Positions 59,246 to 64,000 of a stretch of 64,000 bases of DNA are shown here, piece after piece. Source of the stretch: Posidoniimonas corsicana. GTDB taxonomy: Bacteria > Planctomycetota > Planctomycetia > Pirellulales > Lacipirellulaceae. The DNA lies in NCBI RefSeq assembly GCF_007859765.1, contig NZ_SIHJ01000001.1, positions 1,983,311 through 2,047,310 of the forward strand, in the 5' to 3' direction. Position numbers and translations under genes: made by a program. The notes under the pieces are model-generated. The model was not told where the DNA came from. It did not search any database and saw only the letters and a list, made by a program, of their open reading frames with translations. The stretch's first letter is position 1, and the number at the start of each line of letters is the position of its first letter.

Positions 59246-59716
59246 GTGTCTAGAAATAGTCGAAGTACTAATGCACTGCTGTTGCTAAGCGTTAGCGTGT
59301 TTATCGCATCGCCGTTAGGCTGCGGCGGCGATCCATTGGCTAAGGTCCCTGTCACAGGCACCGTCACGTTCGACGGCAAAGAGTGCCCCGCGTCTGGTCG
59401 CGTTACATTGTCTCCGCTGAGTATCGCTGAAGGTGTGCCCCGGCGTCTCGCTTCGGGTTCGTTTGGAACGGATGGGAAGTTTGAAGCATACTCCTTCAGG
59501 CCAGGCGACGGGGTCGTGCCGGGTGAGTACCGCTTCGCGGTTTCCTGTTTCGATCCGAGAAAAGTGAGCAGCGCTCCTAGTGACGCCGAGGTAAACGCCG
59601 CATCTTACGTCGCCAAGGATTATGAAGGGCTTATCCTAACGGTTGAGCCGGGCAAAGGATTGGCGGATTTGAATATCGACGTCCCGCTCCGCAAACCAGG
59701 GGAGGGCAAGCGTTAA
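59246..59716 (+). CDS. Small lipoprotein (lipobox LGC) with a carboxypeptidase-regulatory-like beta domain.
   Basis: Signal peptide + LGCGG lipobox. VPVTGTVTFDGKECP beta-sandwich-like start. Commonly follows DUF1559 genes in Planctomycetes. Confidence 0.4.
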   Translation: MSRNSRSTNALLLLSVSVFIASPLGCGGDPLAKVPVTGTVTFDGKECPASGRVTLSPLSIAEGVPRRLASGSFGTDGKFEAYSFRPGDGVVPGEYRFAVSCFDPRKVSSAPSDAEVNAASYVAKDYEGLILTVEPGKGLADLNIDVPLRKPGEGKR

Positions 59717-60061
59717 GTTTCACCGGTTCAAGCTTGAGAGTGTCGGCAAAGGCAAAGCTAGTATGCCTTCGATTCCAGCCAAGATGCTCACAAGTTACTA
59801 CCGCAGTTCGAGGCAACGAGGCAACGATGCAGCTTGAAGGTTATGCCACAGCCTTTGAGTTGGCGCATGGTCGCTAGGGACGCATCTAACAGTGCGATTG
59901 AGTAATCTACCTGTCTTATTTGTAAGAAGAGCAGCCTTGATAATCGAGAACTCGTTCCTTAGCGAGTGTGGGATTGTGCTGCCAAGCTATTCAACTTTTC
60001 GTCCGGTAAGTGATCGATTAGAAACCGCCCACAAGGGTGGACCTCACCTTGTCTTATTTGA

Positions 60062-62785
60062 ATGTGGAGCAATCACGTGATTGAGCAACTCAAGCTCTTA
60101 GAACGCGGCCGCCAATCTTGGCAAGCAGTCACCCTGATCTCGGTCGCTCTTGTTTGCGCCAGCAATTCCCAAGCGCAGGGCCTGACGTACGTCGACGCGG
60201 ATGACTTCGTCAATGTAAATTTGAGCACCAGTTCGGGGGAACCGCTGGGAAATGCAATCGATATATTCGGCACCTCTACTGATAACGGCGGCGACGGCCT
60301 ATGGCGTATTCGTGGCACTGCTACCGGTAATATGTTCGGCGCGTCGGGCATCGTGTACGAGGCAGACCCTGGCGAAGATGTTCCCGAGTTGATTCAGACC
60401 GTTTCTGGACTCGCTTCGGGAACAAGCTACGACATGTACGCCGTCTGGTGGTCGGCCACTGGTGGCGAGAATTGGAATATTCGGGGCGCGCTGACTTCAA
60501 ATCCGAATAGCAACACGCTGTATGACCGGACAGGCGGCCTTGGGATCCCTGGTAGCTTGGCCGTGTTTGCTAACTGGCAGTCGCTCCCCGGTGACAACCC
60601 CGATATCGAAGATGGCTTTCCCGGCGTTGAGGGAGCCACGCTTGAAGGTAATCGCGTAATGTTGGTTTCCAAGGTAGGAACTGCGATCGCGGATGGCAGT
60701 GGCGAAGTTCAGGTATTTATAGACGATCTTTTTGACGAGTCATTGGGGATCGCTCAGCGCACATGGTTCGACGGAGTTGCCTATGCTCCGGCCGGGGCAA
60801 CGGCGAATACCGTTACGGCGACCATTGATCGAACTACTGGGAATCTGACGGTATCGTCAATGACTTCTGACTTTTCGATCAACGCCATTAATATTGCGTC
60901 GGGAGCTGGCTCCTTGGCCTCTTCCGAATGGTCGTCTATTACGGGGAATCTGGATTCCGCTGGCGACAGCACTTTTGATGGTGACGCTTGGGAGGTGACC
61001 TCTTCGACCTCCTTCAGCCTGGCCGAGAGTGAAGTCGATCGAGACCCTAGCGAGGAGGTGGTTCTTGTCGACGGCGGAACCTTCGGCCCCGGCGGAGCAT
61101 CGACCATCGACTTTGGCAATGTATGGCTGGCCTCGCCATTTGAGGACGTGAGCGTCAATTTAACGCTGAACGATTCTGGCTTCTCAGTGCCCGTGACCGT
61201 CGAGTTCACCGGCGGAACGCAGCAGGCGATCGGTGACTACAATGCTGATGGCAATATTGATGTCGACGACTATGGCCTAATGCTAGGTAACCTCAATCGA
61301 ACCTTTTCCGACATCTCACGAGCAGAGGCCCACGGCATGGGAGACATAACGGGTGATTTAGTTACAAACTTCAGCGACCTAGTCGCATTTCGCGATGTCT
61401 ATGACACCGCCAACGGAGCTGGCAGCTTCGCCCTCATCTCTTCAGGGGTCGTGCCAGAACCAGGATGCTTCGCCCTTCTGAGTATGCTGGCCGCTGGATG
61501 GCTCGGATTTCGCTGCCGACGCCACGCACCGGTGGTAGCTGCCGGGGCGCTAATGCTCGCCTTAGTAGCAGCGGCGCCAGAAGCCAGCGCACAAATAACT
61601 TACGTCGATGCAGATGAAGAAGCAGGCGGCAACACGGTAGGCCTTCCTGGCGGCTGGGTTGCTCGCGGAGCAGGCGCAAGCACCGATGCCCTTAACTTCG
61701 CGAATGAAGGCGGAGCGCTGCAGGGGAACGGGGAAGTGGATGAACTGGCGACAACGTTCTCAATCCCCAACGCGGGGTTCTATCAGATCTACGCCTTTTA
61801 CTGGTCCGACGGGGGCAACTGGAACATCCAGGCCGGGTTGGAGAGCGGAGCATTGACCGACTTTGACCAGAACACTCCTGGCATCCTGACGGTTAACGAA
61901 GAGACGCAGATGAGTGGCAGCCCAACAGAAGTGCTAGGTCTTAATGTCCTCGGGCAAGGCGACGACACTTTTGATGACTACGTCGATGGCAACAGGACTA
62001 TCTACGCAGCTTCGATTGGCTTTGCTGCTGTGGCCAGCGATAACGATACAGTGACTGCTTACATTGACCACAACTCCGACTTGGGAGCTCGCACCTGGTA
62101 TGACGGGCTCGGCTACGCGGTCGCACCGGCAATACCGACGTTAGAGGTAAATACAAGCACGGGCGAAATCAGTATTAAGAATCAATTCGATGTATCGGTC
62201 GATATGAGCTATTACGAGATCACCAGTGCAAGCGGTTCGCTTAACCCAGATGGCTGGAACAGCCTCGACGACCAGAATATCGATGCTATCGACGGCGATG
62301 ACGCCGGATCGGTCGCAGGCGATAGTCTGCTGGAAGGCTGGGACGAGGCTGGCGGCGTTGGCGGAGGCGGTGACCTTGACGGCGACTACAATGGCGACCT
62401 GACCGTGGATGCGGCAGACTACACGGTCTGGCGTGACGGCCTTGGGACAACGTATGTCCAAGAGGACTATGACACTTGGCGTGATAACTATGGCGCCACA
62501 TCCAACCCCGGTGGTTTGTCTCCTGAAATTCTCAACGAGGTCAACTTGCTGAACATCACTACGCTAGCGGCACAAAGTGAAACCAGCTTAGGGACTGCGT
62601 TTAATACAGCGGGAAGTCAGGACTTGGTCTTCCGCTATGGAAACGTCGAGGACGGGTCCTTAACGACATCCTTGGTGACCTACGTTGGCGAAGGAGGCGC
62701 CGCCGCTACTGCTCCGGAACCCACTGGGGTTGCACTACTACTTTCCGCACTTTGCGTCACTCTAGGGCGTCGACGTATTTGCTAG
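60062..62785 (+). CDS. 907 aa ORF made of two tandem paralogous modules, each ending in a dockerin-like segment plus a PEP-CTERM tail. Likely two exosortase-substrate genes fused in frame with no intervening stop.
   Basis: First PEP-CTERM VVPEPGCFALLSMLAAGWLGFRCRRH at aa ~470. A second signal-like AAGALMLALVAAAPEASAQ follows immediately. Second PEP-CTERM APEPTGVALLLSALCVTLGRRRIC at the end. Repeated DxNxDGxVDxxDYxxWRD motifs. Confidence 0.5.
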   Translation: MWSNHVIEQLKLLERGRQSWQAVTLISVALVCASNSQAQGLTYVDADDFVNVNLSTSSGEPLGNAIDIFGTSTDNGGDGLWRIRGTATGNMFGASGIVYEADPGEDVPELIQTVSGLASGTSYDMYAVWWSATGGENWNIRGALTSNPNSNTLYDRTGGLGIPGSLAVFANWQSLPGDNPDIEDGFPGVEGATLEGNRVMLVSKVGTAIADGSGEVQVFIDDLFDESLGIAQRTWFDGVAYAPAGATANTVTATIDRTTGNLTVSSMTSDFSINAINIASGAGSLASSEWSSITGNLDSAGDSTFDGDAWEVTSSTSFSLAESEVDRDPSEEVVLVDGGTFGPGGASTIDFGNVWLASPFEDVSVNLTLNDSGFSVPVTVEFTGGTQQAIGDYNADGNIDVDDYGLMLGNLNRTFSDISRAEAHGMGDITGDLVTNFSDLVAFRDVYDTANGAGSFALISSGVVPEPGCFALLSMLAAGWLGFRCRRHAPVVAAGALMLALVAAAPEASAQITYVDADEEAGGNTVGLPGGWVARGAGASTDALNFANEGGALQGNGEVDELATTFSIPNAGFYQIYAFYWSDGGNWNIQAGLESGALTDFDQNTPGILTVNEETQMSGSPTEVLGLNVLGQGDDTFDDYVDGNRTIYAASIGFAAVASDNDTVTAYIDHNSDLGARTWYDGLGYAVAPAIPTLEVNTSTGEISIKNQFDVSVDMSYYEITSASGSLNPDGWNSLDDQNIDAIDGDDAGSVAGDSLLEGWDEAGGVGGGGDLDGDYNGDLTVDAADYTVWRDGLGTTYVQEDYDTWRDNYGATSNPGGLSPEILNEVNLLNITTLAAQSETSLGTAFNTAGSQDLVFRYGNVEDGSLTTSLVTYVGEGGAAATAPEPTGVALLLSALCVTLGRRRIC

Positions 62786-63375
62786 GCGCATGAGTGTGGT
62801 TCTTAGTTCGTGCCGCCGGTAGATGCCTGGGCAGGGCTTCTACCGGCTGGCGCGTCTAGTTTTAGAATCTCTGACAAACCGGTCTTGATTCACGGTAAGT
62901 CGCGACCGTAGGGCGATCGCATCACAATGAATGCATTCAGGCAAGATGCGTCGCATCGCAGCTTGCCGAGTCTCGCTTGCCAAAGAATAGAAGCAATCAG
63001 ATATGTGATTCGTTAGATCGAGAGGGAAACGACAGAACGTTCCGCCGCTGTCAAGCAAGGCTGGGAAGCTCTAAAGCTTGCCTTGTCACCCTCATTCTGA
63101 TGCGATTGCCCTGGGGGCAAAGTTACGACAAGTTCAATAGGTTTTGTCAGGGCTTCTATAGGCAACACCGGTAGTCGGTTGGTCTCGCCCGTCATCGTGA
63201 AGCGGAACTCGCCGCAACGGTGTTGTGATGCACCTTTGTGGCTAGAATCATATTGTGGCTGTGTCCACGTGAATAGAATAATCAGAGCGGTCTTTGTGCC
63301 GTGAGCTACTATTGAAGCACCTTCTAGACGATTGGCTGTACTACAGCTAAGCGGCGTCATACTAGAGCTGGCAAC

Positions 63376-64000
63376 ATGAAGCGTTTAAAGAGCGAGCGAA
63401 GTGCGAATCAACAGCGAAGCACTCGACGCAGAACACTAACTGTCGAGCGTCTTGAACCACGGGCCATGCTCGCCGCCGAACCCATTATCACAGAGTTCTT
63501 AGCCTCGAACTCTGACGGCCTGCTCGATGGCAATGGCGTCTCGTCTGACTGGATTGAAATCTACAATGCTGGCGACACAACGATCGACCTCAATGGTTGG
63601 CGCCTAACCGATGACGCCGGCGACCTTTCAAAATGGCAGTTCCCTGACGTTGTCGAGTCGATCTTGGACCCGGGCGAGTATTTGGTCGTCTTCGCCTCGG
63701 GTGATGGGGTTCCCGATCCAGAAGGAAATTTGCATACGAATTTCCGTTTGTCGGCTGCGGGCGAGTACGTTGCCTTGGTCGATCCAGGCTTTGCAGTTGC
63801 CAGTGAGTTTGGAATTGGGGGCGTCGACTATCCCGATCAGTTCACCGATGTCTCGTACGGGTTTGAAGGGGTCTCTCCCCCAACAGCGACGCCTGGCGCG
63901 ATTCTCTATATAGACGCAGATGAAGAGCCTGGTGGAAACACGACTGGACTGCCGGGCGGCTGGGCGCCGCGCGGGGCTGGCGCCGGCCAAGACCCCGTCA
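63376..64000 (+). CDS. Lamin-tail-domain (LTD) secreted protein, partial (runs off the 3' window edge).
   Basis: Planctomycete-type signal ERLEPRAMLAAEP. LTD signature ITEFLASNSDG...SSDWIEIYNAGDTTIDLNGWRLTDDAGD...PGEYLVVFASG. Then the ILYIDADEEPGGNTTGLPGGW module shared with the 60062 ORF. Confidence 0.55.
   Translation, partial: MKRLKSERSANQQRSTRRRTLTVERLEPRAMLAAEPIITEFLASNSDGLLDGNGVSSDWIEIYNAGDTTIDLNGWRLTDDAGDLSKWQFPDVVESILDPGEYLVVFASGDGVPDPEGNLHTNFRLSAAGEYVALVDPGFAVASEFGIGGVDYPDQFTDVSYGFEGVSPPTATPGAILYIDADEEPGGNTTGLPGGWAPRGAGAGQDPV

Overview
This 64 kb window is GC-rich and looks Planctomycetota-like. The evidence is the paired DUF1501 and PSCyt/DUF1549/DUF1553 genes, an ECF sigma factor with a FecR-LamG anti-sigma factor, a DUF1559 prepilin-like gene, PEP-CTERM and dockerin-like tails, and signal peptides of the ERLEPRxMLA type. 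Positions 8-18229 are one giant gene, truncated at the 5' window edge, for a more than 6000 aa RHS/YD-repeat polymorphic toxin. It has beta-helix, Ig/cadherin-like and VWA modules, an RHS core ending in DPxGL, and a roughly 236 aa C-terminal toxin domain. A tightly coupled FGE-sulfatase-domain gene follows and is a candidate immunity protein. The middle of the window (about 18-50 kb) reads as accessory or mobile DNA. It holds a GT1 glycosyltransferase, a DNA methyltransferase with an overlapping upstream partner, a small HD-domain hydrolase, and a dense array of about 37 tRNA or tRNA-like genes (26.4-31.0 kb). That array covers most amino acids, contains several non-canonical members, and has two small protein genes embedded in it. 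Also present are an SPFH protein, three IS481-family elements and one IS1-like transposase, a HigB-like toxin beside an XRE-HTH/ImmA-IrrE peptidase fusion, an integrase remnant, and a 2380 aa PEP-CTERM surface protein with exact tandem duplications. The 3' third carries typical Planctomycete genes plus a family of PEP-CTERM/dockerin-like proteins and a partial lamin-tail-domain (LTD) protein at the window end. No rRNA genes and no CRISPR arrays are present.
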